Below are positions 19,070 to 30,092 of a DNA stretch of 64,000 bases, one piece after another. The first letter of the stretch is position 1, and each line of letters opens with the position of its first letter. Under the pieces are notes generated by a model. The model was given only the letters and a program-made list of their open reading frames with translations, was not told the DNA's origin and ran no database searches. A program made the position numbers and the translations under genes. Origin of the DNA: Brevundimonas sp. (lineage in GTDB: Bacteria > Pseudomonadota > Alphaproteobacteria > Caulobacterales > Caulobacteraceae); assembly GCF_051860745.1 (NCBI RefSeq), contig NZ_JBHYDN010000003.1, positions 119,307-183,306 of the forward strand. The letters are read 5' to 3'.

Positions 19070-19864
19070 GGTGCTGGCAGTCTAACGCTTACTTGTCTCC
19101 GGTTTGGCCGATAGGCCAGGAGGCGGGATGGATCTGATCAGTTTCAAGCGGCATCGGTTCCCCCGGCGCTGTGATCTTGCAGGCGGTGCGCTGGTATTTC
19201 CGGTTCACGCTCAGCATTCATGACGTGGAAGTTGATGGCCAAACGCGGGATCGAGGCGATCCGGTGCTGGGTGATCAAGTTGAGCCTCTGATTGCCGCCA
19301 ACCTGCGCCGGGCGAGATCACGCCCTACCGGCCGTTGGCACCTGGATGAGGTTGTCGTGAAGATCGGTGGCCGGCGAATGTATCTGTGGCGCGCTGTCGA
19401 TGACGAGGGCGAGGTGTTCGACGTTCTGGTCCAGAAGCGCCGGAACAAGCAGGCGGAGCTGAAGCTGCCGCGCCGCCTCTTGCGCAACAGCGGGATCCAT
19501 CCGGAGGCCATCGTCACCGATAAGCTGGCCTCATACCGGGCGGCGATGAAGGTGCTGAAACTCCAGGCTCGTCACCGCCCCGGCGGGATGCGGGAGAACA
19601 ATCGCGCCGAAAACTCGCACCTCCTGATCCGACGACGAGAACGCAAACAGCAGAAGTTCAAATCCCAAGGCTCAGCCCGGCGTTTCCTTTCCAGCCACGG
19701 TTCGATCTGCAACGCGGTCAATCTCCAGCCCCAGCTGATGTCCCGAGCCGGCCTCCGCTCCCCGCGAGGTCTGGCCGATGACGCCTGGGCGGCGGCAACC
19801 CAAGCTGCCTGAATGGGGAAAGGGGAGGGGCGCTTTGCGGGCCGAAGGACCTAACTTCAGGACC
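19070..19864 (+). mobile_element. IS6-family element copy 1, transposase frameshifted (ATG 19128 to TGA 19812)
   Basis: FKRHRFP, WHLDEVVVKI, LWRAVDDEGE, NNRAENSH. Left end GGTGCTGGCAG; degenerate right end ...AACTTCAGGACC. Confidence 0.88.
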
Positions 19865-20083
19865 GGCTGGCTTCGACTTCCGCAACCATCATATGAAGGT
19901 CAAGGTTGACGGCGACACCGCCTTCGTGACCGAGACCTATACTTGCCACATCACCTTCAAGGACGGCGCCCGGGGCCCCATCGAGTGTCGCGGAGCGGCC
20001 ACGAGCGTGCTGCGCAAGCGGGGTGACGAGTGGAGGTTCGACGTCTATCACTCCTCGGCCCAACCCTTCCGCCCACCGCCTGA
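19865..20083 (+). pseudogene. 5'-truncated NTF2/DUF4440-like protein
   Basis: VKVDGDTAFVTETY...ATSVLRKRGDEWRF..YHSS begins right at the IS6 right end; its own stop appears shifted out of frame. Confidence 0.6.
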
Positions 20084-20136
20084 TCGCGGCGGCAACCGTC
20101 ACCGGCGGCCTCCAGATATCGCTCGCCAGAGGGACC

Positions 20137-20607
20137 ATGAGATCGATGCTCACGCTTTCACGCCGCGTTTTTCTGCTCGCGGAGGCCGAATCTGTCACGG
20201 TCGCGGCCTGCGCTCCCGGCGCTCGGCCGTCGACCGGGCTCGTGGTGTACAAGACCCCGACCTGCGGCTGCTGCACGGCCTGGGTGGACCACATGCGCGG
20301 CGCGGGTTTCGAGGCGCAGGTCAATGAACTTCCGGACCTCCGCTCCATACGCAGCACCCAGGGCGTGCCGGAGGCGCTCGCCTCCTGCCACACGGTGTTG
20401 GTCGGCGGCTATGTGCTGGAGGGCCGGGTGCCGGCCGCGGATGTGCGCAAGCTTCTGGCCGAACGTCCGGAGGGCGAGGGCCTCGTCGTTCCTGGCATGC
20501 CGCTGGGGTCTACCGGCATGGAGACGCCCGACGACCAGCGGGAACCCTATGAGACCCTGCTGATCCTCAAGGGCGGCGGCACGCGCGTCTTCGCGCGTCA
20601 CGCCTAG
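20137..20607 (+). CDS. DUF411 metal-binding protein
   Basis: VYKTPTCGCC..WVDHM, SCHT, GRVPA, VPGMPLGS.GM. Confidence 0.9.
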   Translation: MRSMLTLSRRVFLLAEAESVTVAACAPGARPSTGLVVYKTPTCGCCTAWVDHMRGAGFEAQVNELPDLRSIRSTQGVPEALASCHTVLVGGYVLEGRVPAADVRKLLAERPEGEGLVVPGMPLGSTGMETPDDQREPYETLLILKGGGTRVFARHA

Positions 20608-20620
20608 AAGGGATGCGGTC

Positions 20621-21349
20621 ATGAACGTTCTCAAGCTCTCGACGCAGTTGCATAAATGGATCGCCCTGGTGGTCGGGCTCCAGGTTCTTTTCTGGGTGGG
20701 CGGCGGTCTGGTCATGACGGCCATTCCGATCGAGACGGTGCGCGGCGAACATCGCGCAGCCGAACTCAAGCCAAATCCACTCGCTCTGGGCCGCTTGCCG
20801 GCGCTCGGCGAGATCGCCCGCCGCGCGGGCGTCGCTCCCGTCCAGGCGGAATTGCACACGACCCCCCGGGGGCCGGCCTGGACATTGAAGCCCGCCAGCG
20901 GCGAGCCGATCATCGTATCCGCCCTGACCGGTCGGCCCTTCGGTCCCCTGTCGGCCGCGGACGCCTCGGCATTCGCCAAGCGCGCCTATCGAGGAACGGC
21001 GGAAGTGTCCGGCGTCGCGCTGTTGCCGGAGGCGCCCCAGGAGACGGGCCGCACGGGACCTCTCTGGCGCGTGGATTTCGCTGACCGCGAAAAGACCAGC
21101 TTCTACCTGTCTCCGGCCACGGCCGAGGTGGTGACCCGCCGCTCCGGCGTCTGGCGCCTCTTCGACTTCTTCTGGCGTCTCCATGTCATGGACTGGAACG
21201 ACGGCGAGGATTTCAATCACCCCCTGATCATCATCACCACGGCGTTGACGCTGAGCATCGTCATTTCGGGGTTCATCCTTCTCTGGATCCGGCTGGCGCG
21301 GGACGTGAAGGTGTTCAAGGCATCACGGCGGGCCGTCCGGCCGGAGTGA
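20621..21349 (+). CDS. PepSY-associated TM helix domain protein
   Basis: LHKWIALVVG.Q...W..GG; WRLFDFFWRLHVMD; C-terminal TM helix. Confidence 0.8.
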   Translation: MNVLKLSTQLHKWIALVVGLQVLFWVGGGLVMTAIPIETVRGEHRAAELKPNPLALGRLPALGEIARRAGVAPVQAELHTTPRGPAWTLKPASGEPIIVSALTGRPFGPLSAADASAFAKRAYRGTAEVSGVALLPEAPQETGRTGPLWRVDFADREKTSFYLSPATAEVVTRRSGVWRLFDFFWRLHVMDWNDGEDFNHPLIIITTALTLSIVISGFILLWIRLARDVKVFKASRRAVRPE

Positions 21350-21578
21350 CGCGATCCGCAGGACCGGCCATGCACCCATGCCCTGTCCGTGCCCGGCTCA
21401 GGCGATGAGTGGATGGACAGCGGAACCCGGTTGGTTCCGACTTCATCGGCGCACAGAGGTTCGCCCGGGCGACCCTGCACGATCGCCTCGAACTCCTCTT
21501 CTTCGGATGTCAAGCCGGGGTTTGAGCGGAGCGCCCGCCGCCTTGACTCGCCGGAGAGCGAAGCGGAACGTCCGCGGC

Positions 21579-21944
21579 ATGTGGCGCATTGTTCGCACCC
21601 TTCTGTTCGCACTCGTTCTGGCCGGCTCCATCGGCCAGGCGTCGGCGTTCGCCGCGCCTGAGCGGCCGGACGCGACCGCGGACGCCATGGACGCCATGCC
21701 GGATTGCACCGAGATGATGATGCAGGCGGGGGCCGAAGGTCCGGCGGCTCCCTGCGATGACGCCGGCCCCGACTGCATGGGCCGCGTGGCTTGCACCGCG
21801 GTCGTGGTTCCGCTGCCGTCCGGCGCGGACTTCACGGTCCGGCCGCCGGCGCCGCGCCGGCAGCAGGTCGCATTAGGCCGCGACGACACCCGCGCAGGGG
21901 AATGGCCCGCGCCCCTCGGCAATCCTCCCAAGTCGCCGGCGTAG
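21579..21944 (+). CDS. Small exported Cys/Met-rich protein (DUF2946-like leader ORF) upstream of cusC
   Basis: Signal peptide; MPDCTEMMM...PCDDAGPDCMGRVAC; C-terminal LGNPPK. Confidence 0.7.
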   Translation: MWRIVRTLLFALVLAGSIGQASAFAAPERPDATADAMDAMPDCTEMMMQAGAEGPAAPCDDAGPDCMGRVACTAVVVPLPSGADFTVRPPAPRRQQVALGRDDTRAGEWPAPLGNPPKSPA

Positions 21945-22050
21945 CCCAGCTTCGCTGACCACGGCCTGCGCGCTCGCGTGGGCGTTGGCCGAACGACCTG
22001 CTTTCCGCGCCGCCTCAAGGTGATCGGCGCGGGGTCTTGAGGACATTCCA

Positions 22051-23388
22051 ATGAACTCCGACTATCGAACGGCTCCGGGCCGTCCCGCGTCACCCGCCGC
22101 GGCCTGTCCGGACAGCGGGAAGCCGCCCCGGCGAGCCAGGAGCGGCCCCAAGGGGACGGCCGGCGCCGCAGCCGCCATCTGCGTGCTCGCCGCCTTTGGC
22201 GCGCCGGCTATGGCGGAGCCGTTGACCTTCGACGAGGCCCTGGCGCTCGCCGAGGCAACTGCTCCGCAACTGCGGGCCAGCGCCCTTGGCGTGTCGGCGG
22301 CCTCGGCGGCCTCGGCGGCCGCAGGCCGGCTCCCGGACCCACAGCTCCGGTTCGGGATCGACAACCTGCCGGTCTCGGGCCCCATGGCTGGTCGGTTCGG
22401 CGACGACGAAATGACCATGGCCCGCATCGGCCTCATGCAGGAGGTTCCCAGTGGAGCCCGGCGGCGCGCCGAGCGCGCCGTGGCGGAAGCCGACATCGAG
22501 GTGGCCGCCGCCGGCGATGCAATCGCCCGCCGCGAAGCGCGGATCGCCGTCGGCCTGGCCTGGATTGACCTGCACTACACCGGGCGCCGGCTCGCCGCGA
22601 TCGAGGAGGTGCTCTCGACGCTGGAGCCTCTCTGGGACGCCGCGCCTGCGGGCGTGGCGTCCGGAACGGATCGGCCGGCCGGCGCCCTGACGCCGGTCTT
22701 GTTGCGCGCCGCCCTCCAGGACCGGCGCAGCATGCTCATCGCCGACGAGACGAGGGCTCGCGGCGAGTTGACGCGCTGGACCGGCGACCTGGATCCAGCG
22801 GCGAGCGGGCCAGCACCCGACCTCGAGGTCGAGCCCGCCGTCCTCAGAATCGGCCTGGAGCGGCTCCCGACCCTGCAGGTATGGCGGGCGGCCGGAAGCC
22901 GCGCCGACGCCGAGGTCGACCTCGCCCGGTCGGGGCGACGGCCCGACTGGTCCTTCGAGGTCAGCTACGGCCGCCGGGATCCCATGTTCGGGGACATGCT
23001 GTCGGTGGGGGCCAGCGTCAGCTTGCCGCTCTTCGCCAATCAGCGCCAGGAGCCGTTGATCACCGCCCGCGCCGCCGACGCCGTGCGCGTGCGGCTGGAG
23101 CGCGAGGCCGTAGCGCGCGAATTACGCGCCGCCCTTGACGCCGCGCTCGCCGACCTTGCCGCGCGCCGGGACCAGTGGGTCCGGTCGCGCGACGTCATTC
23201 TTCCGGCCGCCCGCCAGAGAGCGGATCTGGAAACCGCGAGCTACGCCGCGGGGCGCGTGGGCCTGGCGGAGGTCCTCGAAGTCTTTACCGCGATGGCCGA
23301 CGCGCGCCTCGACGCCCTCGATCGCGAAGCCGCCCTGGCCCGCGACACGGTTCGCATCACCCTCACCTACAGGAGCGACGACCGATGA
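22051..23388 (+). CDS. TolC/CusC-like outer membrane factor
   Basis: AAGRLPDPQL, DDEMTMARIGLMQ, RRPDW, MLSVGASVSLPLF; first gene of a C-B-A operon. Confidence 0.85.
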   Translation: MNSDYRTAPGRPASPAAACPDSGKPPRRARSGPKGTAGAAAAICVLAAFGAPAMAEPLTFDEALALAEATAPQLRASALGVSAASAASAAAGRLPDPQLRFGIDNLPVSGPMAGRFGDDEMTMARIGLMQEVPSGARRRAERAVAEADIEVAAAGDAIARREARIAVGLAWIDLHYTGRRLAAIEEVLSTLEPLWDAAPAGVASGTDRPAGALTPVLLRAALQDRRSMLIADETRARGELTRWTGDLDPAASGPAPDLEVEPAVLRIGLERLPTLQVWRAAGSRADAEVDLARSGRRPDWSFEVSYGRRDPMFGDMLSVGASVSLPLFANQRQEPLITARAADAVRVRLEREAVARELRAALDAALADLAARRDQWVRSRDVILPAARQRADLETASYAAGRVGLAEVLEVFTAMADARLDALDREAALARDTVRITLTYRSDDR

Positions 23389-24755
23389 CCGGTTCGCCCA
23401 ACAATCGCGTCGCGCTTGCGGCGGGCGCCGCCCTGGTTCTCGGCGTCGGCCTCGCGGCGGGACTGATCGGTCGCCCGATGCTGGAGCGCGCCGACAAGGC
23501 CGTCGGCGGCGACGTCCGACCCGGAGAGCGCGAAATTCTCTACTGGTACGATCCGATGCTGCCCAACGAGCGCTACCCGGGCCCGGGCCGCTCCTCGATG
23601 AACATGGAACTGATCCCGAAACACGCCGACGAGGCGGGCGGTGCGCCCGGCGTGCGCATCGATTCGGCTCTGGCCCAGAACCTCGGCATGCGTCTGGCGA
23701 CGGTGCGCCGGGGGCCGCTGGAAGGCGACCTCACCGCCTCCGCGGTGATCGACTATAATCAGCGCGATGTGGCCATCGTCCAGGCGCGCGCCGCCGGCTT
23801 TGTTCAGCGAGTCTACGGCCGCGCGCCCGGCGACATCATCGCCGCCGGCGCGCCCCTGGTCGACCTCCTCATCCCGGAGTGGGCCGGGGCCCAGGGCGAG
23901 TATCTGGCCGTCCGCCGGACGGGCGACGCGGCCCTGATCGAGGCGGCCCGGCGTCGACTCGTGCTGCTCGGGATGTCCGAGCCGCTGATCGCCCAGGTCG
24001 AACGAACCGGTCGGCCGAGGACCACGGTGACCATCGCCAGCCCGTCCGCCGGGGCCATCCGCAGTCTGGGCGTTCGGACCGGGATGAGCGTCAACCCCGG
24101 GCAGACCCTCGCCGAGATCAGCGGGCTGTCGACCGTGTGGTTGAACGCCGCCGTTCCCGAGATGCAGGCGGACCGGCTCCGGGTGGGCCAGGCCGTCGAG
24201 GTCGCCCTGTCCGCCTTCCCGGGCGAACGGTTCGCCGGACGCCTGACGGCGCTGCTGCCCGAGGTGTCCGGGGACAGCCGCACCCTGACCGCGCGCATCG
24301 AGATGGCCAATCGCGCGGGGCGGCTGCGGCCCGGTATGTACGGGCAGATCACCTTCGGAGGGGGCGGCGGTCCGGTTCTGCTCGTTCCGTCCGAAACCGT
24401 GATCCGAACAGGCGAAAGAACCCTCGTAATGCTGGCCCTGCCCGAGGGTCGCTACCAGCCGACCGAGGTCCGGACCGGACGGGAATCCGGCGGGATGACC
24501 GAGATCGTGGGCGGGCTGGCGGAGGGCGAACGCATCGTGGCCTCGGGTCAGTTTCTGATCGACTCCGAGGCCAGCCTCTCCGGCGTGGCGGCCCGGCCGA
24601 TTTCGGGCGGGCGGGTGCCTGTCGCGCCGGCTGCGTCCTCGGCGCCCGCGGCGCATTCAACGCATCCTGCGCCGACCGCGCCCGCTGCGCCCACTCCGGC
24701 TGCTCCGCCGGCCGTGGCGGATGAACACGCCGGCCATGGAGGAGCCGCGCAATGA
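23385..24755 (+). CDS. cusB: CusB-like periplasmic adaptor
   Basis: YWYDPM...[12 protein letters not shown] Met motif; GRLRPGMY; SGQFLIDSE. Confidence 0.88.
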   Translation: MTGSPNNRVALAAGAALVLGVGLAAGLIGRPMLERADKAVGGDVRPGEREILYWYDPMLPNERYPGPGRSSMNMELIPKHADEAGGAPGVRIDSALAQNLGMRLATVRRGPLEGDLTASAVIDYNQRDVAIVQARAAGFVQRVYGRAPGDIIAAGAPLVDLLIPEWAGAQGEYLAVRRTGDAALIEAARRRLVLLGMSEPLIAQVERTGRPRTTVTIASPSAGAIRSLGVRTGMSVNPGQTLAEISGLSTVWLNAAVPEMQADRLRVGQAVEVALSAFPGERFAGRLTALLPEVSGDSRTLTARIEMANRAGRLRPGMYGQITFGGGGGPVLLVPSETVIRTGERTLVMLALPEGRYQPTEVRTGRESGGMTEIVGGLAEGERIVASGQFLIDSEASLSGVAARPISGGRVPVAPAASSAPAAHSTHPAPTAPAAPTPAAPPAVADEHAGHGGAAQ

Positions 24756-27700
24756 TCGCCGCCCTCATCCGCGCCTCGGTCCGGGCCCGCTTCCTTGTGC
24801 TTATGGCCGCCTTCGCCCTGGCGGCGGCCGGCCTCTGGGCGGTGCGGACCACCCCGGTGGACGCCTTGCCCGACCTGTCCGACGTCCAGGTGATCATTCG
24901 CACCAGCTATCCCGGCCAGGCTCCGCAGATTGTCGAAAACCAGGTCACCTACCCCCTGGCCACCACCATGCTGTCGGTGCCCGGCGCGCGCACCGTGCGG
25001 GGCTATTCCTTCTTCGGCGACAGCTTCGTTTACGTCCTGTTCGACGAGGGAACCGACCTCTACTGGGCGCGGTCCCGGGTTCTCGAATACCTGAACCAGG
25101 TGCAGGCTCGCCTTCCGGAGAGCGCACGTCCCGCCTTGGGCCCGGACGCCACAGGCGTCGGCTGGGTTTATGAATACGCCCTCGTTGACCGTTCCGGCCG
25201 CCACGACTTGGCCCAGTTGCGAAGCCTGCAGGACTGGTTCCTCCGCTATGAACTGAAAACCGTTCCGGGCGTGGCCGAGGTGGCCAGTATCGGGGGCATG
25301 GTGCGGCAGTACCAGGTGGTGCTCGACCCGGTCCGGCTGGCCGCCTACGGCGTCACCCATCAGGCCGTGGTTGAGGCGATTGGGCGCGCCAATTCCGAAA
25401 CCGGCGGGTCGGTGCTGGAGCTGGCCGAAGCCGAATATATGGTCAGGGCCAACGGCTATCTGACCAGTCTCGACGATTTCCGGGCCGTGCCCGTCCGGAC
25501 GGCGGCGGGCGGCGTGCCCGTCACCCTCGGCGACGTCGCCACGGTTCAGGTCGGTCCCGAGATGCGGCGCGGCATTGCCGAGCTGAACGGCGAGGGCGAG
25601 GTCGCAGGCGGGGTGGTCATCCTGCGCTCGGGGGCCGACGCCCGGGCCACGATCGAGGCCGTCGCCGACCGGCTCGAGACCCTGAAGGCCGGTTTGCCTC
25701 CCGGGGTCGAGGTGGTGACGACCTATGATCGCTCGCAGCTGATCGACCGCGCCATCGCCAACCTCAGCACCAAGCTGATCGAGGAGTTCATCGTCGTCGC
25801 CCTCGTCTGCGGCCTGTTCCTGTGGCACGCCCGTTCCGCCCTGGTGGCCATCCTGACCTTGCCGCTCGGCGTGCTCGCCGCCTTTCTGATCATGAACCTG
25901 CAGGGGGTGAACGCCAACATCATGTCGCTCGGGGGCATCGCCATCGCCGTCGGAGCCATGGTCGACGCGGCGGTGGTCATGATCGAGAACGCCCACAAGC
26001 ATATCGAACGGTGGGAGCATGAGCACCCCGACGAAACGCTCGCGGGAGAGTCTCGCTGGAAGGTGATCACGGACGCTGCGGTGGAAGTCGGTCCGGCCCT
26101 GTTCCTCAGCCTGGTGATCATTACCCTGTCGTTCATTCCGGTGTTCAGCCTGCAAGCCCAGGAGGGCCGGTTGTTCGCGCCGCTGGCCTTCACCAAGAGC
26201 TACGCCATGGCGGCAGCGGCCATCCTGTCGGTGACTCTCGTGCCGGTCCTGATGGGTTATCTGATCCGGGGGCGCATCCCCGCGGAGCAGGCCAATCCCG
26301 TCAACCGATGGTTGACGCACCTCTATCGCGCCCCGCTCGACTGGGTGCTCCGGCGACCGCGGACGACCTTGGCGATCGCTGTCATCGCGTTCGCCACGAC
26401 CGCTTGGCCGCTGAGCCAGATCGGCGGCGAGTTCATGCCCGCCATGGACGAGGGCGATCTGCTCTACATGCCGTCCGCCCAGCCGGGTCTGTCGGCGGCG
26501 GCGGCGTCAGCGCTGCTGCAGAGAACCGACCGGATGATCCGAACCGTGCCCGAGGTCGCCACCGTGTTCGGCAAGGCGGGGAGGGCGGAATCCGCCACCG
26601 ATCCGGCCCCGCTGGAGATGTTCGAAACCACGATCCAGTTCAAGCCGCGGGACCAATGGCGGCCCGGCATGACGCCGGAAAAGCTGGTCGAAGAGCTCGA
26701 CCGCGCGGTTCAGGTTCCGGGCCTGGCCAATGTCTGGGTGCCGCCGATCCGCAACCGCATCGACATGCTGGCGACGGGAATCAAAAGCCCCATCGGCGTC
26801 AAGGTTTCGGGGGCCGATCTGGCCGTGATCGACCGTATCGCCGGCCGCGTCGCCGAGGTCGCGGAGGCCGTGCCGGGGGTGAGCTCGGCGATCGCCGAGC
26901 GCCTGACCGGCGGCCGCTATGTGGATGTCGATATCGATCGCGCCGCCGCGGGCCGCTACGGGCTCAACATCGCCGATGTTCAGTCGATCGTCGCCAGCGC
27001 CATCGGCGGCGAGACCATCGGTCAGACGGTCGAGGGGGTGGCGCGCTATCCAATCAGCGTCCGTTATCCGCGCGAGATGCGCGACAATCCCGAACAGCTG
27101 CGGAACCTTCCGATCCTGACCCCGACGGGCCAGCAGATCACCTTGGGCGCGGTGGCCGGCATTCGCATCGCCGACGGGCCGCCGATGCTCAAGTCCGAGA
27201 ATGGACGGCCCTCGACCTGGGTCTATATTGACGTCCGTGGTCGGGATCTGGCGTCCGTGGTGGGGGACCTGCGGCGCGCCGTCGCGGCGGACGTCGATCT
27301 CGGCCCCGGGGTAAGCATCGCCTACTCCGGGCAGTTTGAATATCTCGAGCGCGCCGCCAACCGCCTGAAGATCGTCGTACCGGCGACCCTCGCGATCATC
27401 TTCCTGCTGCTCTACCTGACCTTTGGCCGGTTCGACGAAGCCGCCCTGATCATGGCGACGCTGCCGTTTGCTCTTACCGGCGGCGTATGGATGCTCTACC
27501 TGCTGGGCTTCAACCAGTCTGTCGCCACCGGCGTCGGCTTCATCGCCCTGGCCGGCCTCGCGGCCGAGTTCGGCGTGGTGATGCTGATCTATCTAAAGCA
27601 CGCGCTCAGGGATCGGGGACCCGACCCGGACGGCACGCAGGTCGAGGAAGCGGTCCGGGAAGGCGCCCTGCTGCGGGTTCGGCCCAAGGCGATGACCGTA

Positions 27701-27886
27701 GCGGTGATTCTGGCGGGCCTGTTCCCGATCCTGATCGGTCACGGCGCCGGCTCGGAGATCATGAGCCGGATCGCCGCGCCGGTGATCGGCGGCATGATCA
27801 CGGCGCCTTTGTTGTCGATGCTCGTCATCCCGGCGGGGTATCTCCTCCTCAGGCGCCGGAAAACACGTTCAGGAAGATCGTCATAG
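24752..27886 (+). CDS. cusA: CusA Cu(I)/Ag(I) RND permease
   Basis: [11 protein letters not shown]; three-Met site ([20 protein letters not shown]); RVRPKAMT. Confidence 0.93.
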   Translation: MIAALIRASVRARFLVLMAAFALAAAGLWAVRTTPVDALPDLSDVQVIIRTSYPGQAPQIVENQVTYPLATTMLSVPGARTVRGYSFFGDSFVYVLFDEGTDLYWARSRVLEYLNQVQARLPESARPALGPDATGVGWVYEYALVDRSGRHDLAQLRSLQDWFLRYELKTVPGVAEVASIGGMVRQYQVVLDPVRLAAYGVTHQAVVEAIGRANSETGGSVLELAEAEYMVRANGYLTSLDDFRAVPVRTAAGGVPVTLGDVATVQVGPEMRRGIAELNGEGEVAGGVVILRSGADARATIEAVADRLETLKAGLPPGVEVVTTYDRSQLIDRAIANLSTKLIEEFIVVALVCGLFLWHARSALVAILTLPLGVLAAFLIMNLQGVNANIMSLGGIAIAVGAMVDAAVVMIENAHKHIERWEHEHPDETLAGESRWKVITDAAVEVGPALFLSLVIITLSFIPVFSLQAQEGRLFAPLAFTKSYAMAAAAILSVTLVPVLMGYLIRGRIPAEQANPVNRWLTHLYRAPLDWVLRRPRTTLAIAVIAFATTAWPLSQIGGEFMPAMDEGDLLYMPSAQPGLSAAAASALLQRTDRMIRTVPEVATVFGKAGRAESATDPAPLEMFETTIQFKPRDQWRPGMTPEKLVEELDRAVQVPGLANVWVPPIRNRIDMLATGIKSPIGVKVSGADLAVIDRIAGRVAEVAEAVPGVSSAIAERLTGGRYVDVDIDRAAAGRYGLNIADVQSIVASAIGGETIGQTVEGVARYPISVRYPREMRDNPEQLRNLPILTPTGQQITLGAVAGIRIADGPPMLKSENGRPSTWVYIDVRGRDLASVVGDLRRAVAADVDLGPGVSIAYSGQFEYLERAANRLKIVVPATLAIIFLLLYLTFGRFDEAALIMATLPFALTGGVWMLYLLGFNQSVATGVGFIALAGLAAEFGVVMLIYLKHALRDRGPDPDGTQVEEAVREGALLRVRPKAMTVAVILAGLFPILIGHGAGSEIMSRIAAPVIGGMITAPLLSMLVIPAGYLLLRRRKTRSGRSS

Positions 27887-27967
27887 GGACCCGGTCCGCC
27901 TGATCACCCTGAATACAATACCGGTGTAGCGCTAATCAGAACGAGTAATGCGACCCATAAGCGCTCA

Positions 27968-28837
27968 TCATGCGAGAGCTGGACCGCGCTCAAGCGCGCG
28001 CAGCACCTCTTGCGCCAGCAAGCCGGTCGGCCCGCCCGCACCGCGCGCGGAAACCAGGGCTATCTCGCTGTCGCTTAGCGTCGGCAGGGGCGCACCGAGG
28101 ACGGCGAGGTCGCGGGGAGCCATCGCTGCCGGCAAGACGCCTATCCCCAGGCCGGCCCGCAAAGCAGCCATCTGTCCGGCAAGGCTGGGCGAGGTGAAGG
28201 AAGCCCGGAAGGTGATACCCGCCTCCTGAAGTGCACCGATCGCCCGCTTTCGATAAATGTCCGGGGCCGGCGCAATGATCAACGGCAAAGGTGTGGTCTC
28301 ACCGATTGACTTGTCGAGCGCCACCCAAACCAGAGGTTCGCTCCAGACCCGGACCCCTAGCTCGGGTCCGACGGGTTCGCGCTTGATCAGGGCCAAGTCG
28401 AGTGTGCCGCGCGACATCTGGTCGAGGAGATTGGCGGTGTAGTCGCATGTCACCGAAAGCTTGATGCGCGGGTGGCTGCGCGCAAACGCCCCCAGAATGC
28501 CCGGCAAGTGCATCGTGGCGATGTCCTCCGGCGCGCCGAACCGCACCTCGCCCTCAAGGTCTCCCTCCCCCAATGTCGAGACGATCTCGTCATTCAGCCG
28601 CAACAGGCAGCGCGCCTGGGGCAGCAATCCGGCACCCTCGGTGGTCAGGCTAATGCCTTTGCCGCCACGATCGAACAGGGGCGAGCGAAGCTGGTCCTCG
28701 AGACGGCGGATCTGCAGGCTGATCGCCGGCTGGGTGCGGCCCAACAGCGCCGCTGCACGTGTAAAGCTGCTGGTCTCAGAGACCGTGACGAACGCGCGCA
28801 GGAGGTCGATGTCCAGATTGACCAACCGATCCGCCAT
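27968..28837 (-). CDS. LysR family transcriptional regulator
   Basis: LDIDLLRAF...SFTRAAALLGRTQPAISLQIRRLE. Start trimmed to MADRL. Confidence 0.92.
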   Translation of the reverse strand: MADRLVNLDIDLLRAFVTVSETSSFTRAAALLGRTQPAISLQIRRLEDQLRSPLFDRGGKGISLTTEGAGLLPQARCLLRLNDEIVSTLGEGDLEGEVRFGAPEDIATMHLPGILGAFARSHPRIKLSVTCDYTANLLDQMSRGTLDLALIKREPVGPELGVRVWSEPLVWVALDKSIGETTPLPLIIAPAPDIYRKRAIGALQEAGITFRASFTSPSLAGQMAALRAGLGIGVLPAAMAPRDLAVLGAPLPTLSDSEIALVSARGAGGPTGLLAQEVLRALERGPALA

Positions 28838-28851
28838 GTCATTACCATTCC

Positions 28852-28875
28852 TTATTGCCGACATCACTCCAATAA
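28852..28875. promoter_or_regulatory. Candidate LysR operator TTATTG-N12-CAATAA
   Basis: AT-rich inverted repeat between the divergent lysR and sbtA genes. Confidence 0.5.
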
Positions 28876-28935
28876 ACTGGGAAAATGGGCCGGTCGAGGC
28901 CACACGGGGCCACCTCGAGCGGACCCGTTTCATGC

Positions 28936-29910
28936 ATGCCTGACTTCTCCGCCAGCCTGGCCCTTCTGACATCGCCGGCGCTGCTGTTCTTCTTCGTCGG
29001 CGCCGCCGCCGCCTTTGCGCGGTCGGACCTGTCGATTCCCGAACCGATCTCCAAGGCTTTGTCGCTGTACCTGATGCTGTGTATCGGCTTCAAAGGCGGA
29101 GTAGAGGCAAGAGCCGCAGGCCTGCACAGCGACTTCCTGATTGCGGGCGCCATTGGCATAGGGCTCAGCGCACTGCTGCCGCTTGTGGCTTTCGTCATTC
29201 TGAAGCGGACGTCGCGACTGGACCGGCCGACGATATGTGCACTCGCGGCCACCTACGGGTCCGTCTCGATCGTGACGTTCGCCGCCGGTCAGCAGCATCT
29301 TGCCGTGCTTGGCCTGTCCTCCGGCGGCTATATGGCCGCCGTCCTCGCGCTGATGGAGACACCCGCCATCCTGACGGCGCTTATACTGTTGAACCGTAAG
29401 GGAGCCGGCGCGGGGGCGCGCCCCACAGCCGTCCTCAAAGAGGTTTTCGTCGGCGCGGCCACGGTCATGTTGGTGGGCAGCTTCTTTGTCGGACTGGTCT
29501 CGGGTCATGCGGGGATGGCAAAGCTGGAGATATTCGTGGGGCCACTGTTTCAGGGGGCGCTCTGCTTCTTCCTCCTCGACATTGGCCTGATCGCCGCCCG
29601 TCGGCTGATAGAGGGAGGCCGCAAACTTACGCCCGCCATACTCGGCTTTGCCGTGGCGTTTCCCCTCGCATCCGCTCTTACCACCTTGGGTCTGGCCCGA
29701 ATGGCCGGCCTCCAAGTGGGCGATGCGACCCTTTTGTCCATCTTGGCGGGTTCGGCATCCTATATTGCCGTGCCCGCCGCCATGCGGCTCGCGGCGCCGA
29801 CAGCCGATACCGGCGTGTTCGTGACCGCGTCACTGGCAGTGACCTTTCCCTTCAACCTGACACTCGGCATTACTTTCTACACCGCCGCGGCAGTGTGGCT
29901 TTGGCGGTAA
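28936..29910 (+). CDS. Sodium-dependent bicarbonate transport family permease (SbtA/Sbt_1)
   Basis: KALSLYLMLCIGFKGG, AATYGSVS, METPAI, SASYIAVPAAMR, TFPFNLTLG. Confidence 0.88.
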   Translation: MPDFSASLALLTSPALLFFFVGAAAAFARSDLSIPEPISKALSLYLMLCIGFKGGVEARAAGLHSDFLIAGAIGIGLSALLPLVAFVILKRTSRLDRPTICALAATYGSVSIVTFAAGQQHLAVLGLSSGGYMAAVLALMETPAILTALILLNRKGAGAGARPTAVLKEVFVGAATVMLVGSFFVGLVSGHAGMAKLEIFVGPLFQGALCFFLLDIGLIAARRLIEGGRKLTPAILGFAVAFPLASALTTLGLARMAGLQVGDATLLSILAGSASYIAVPAAMRLAAPTADTGVFVTASLAVTFPFNLTLGITFYTAAAVWLWR

Positions 29911-30092
29911 GGCTTTCCCTGCCAGGCGCGCACGTCGGCTATGCACCTAAAAGCGGACCGTCGGCAGGTCCGCAATGGGTGATGGGGTAGACCCCCCCCG
30001 ACGGCATCGACGTGCCAGAGTGAGGTGTTGAACAACACTCGCAGGAGGCGTCCGTGGGCACGGCAAAACTACCGCCCCCGCGGACGCCGGCC

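Noticed and set aside
27915-27930. AATACCGGTGTA resembling the pectin LacI operator
   Set aside because: Only the core matches, and it lies between convergent 3' ends far from the locus.
29945-30050. AAAGCGGAC...GTCCGC short repeat-like stretch (similar text near 30670)
   Set aside because: Resembles common alphaproteobacterial intergenic repeats but is too degenerate to define.
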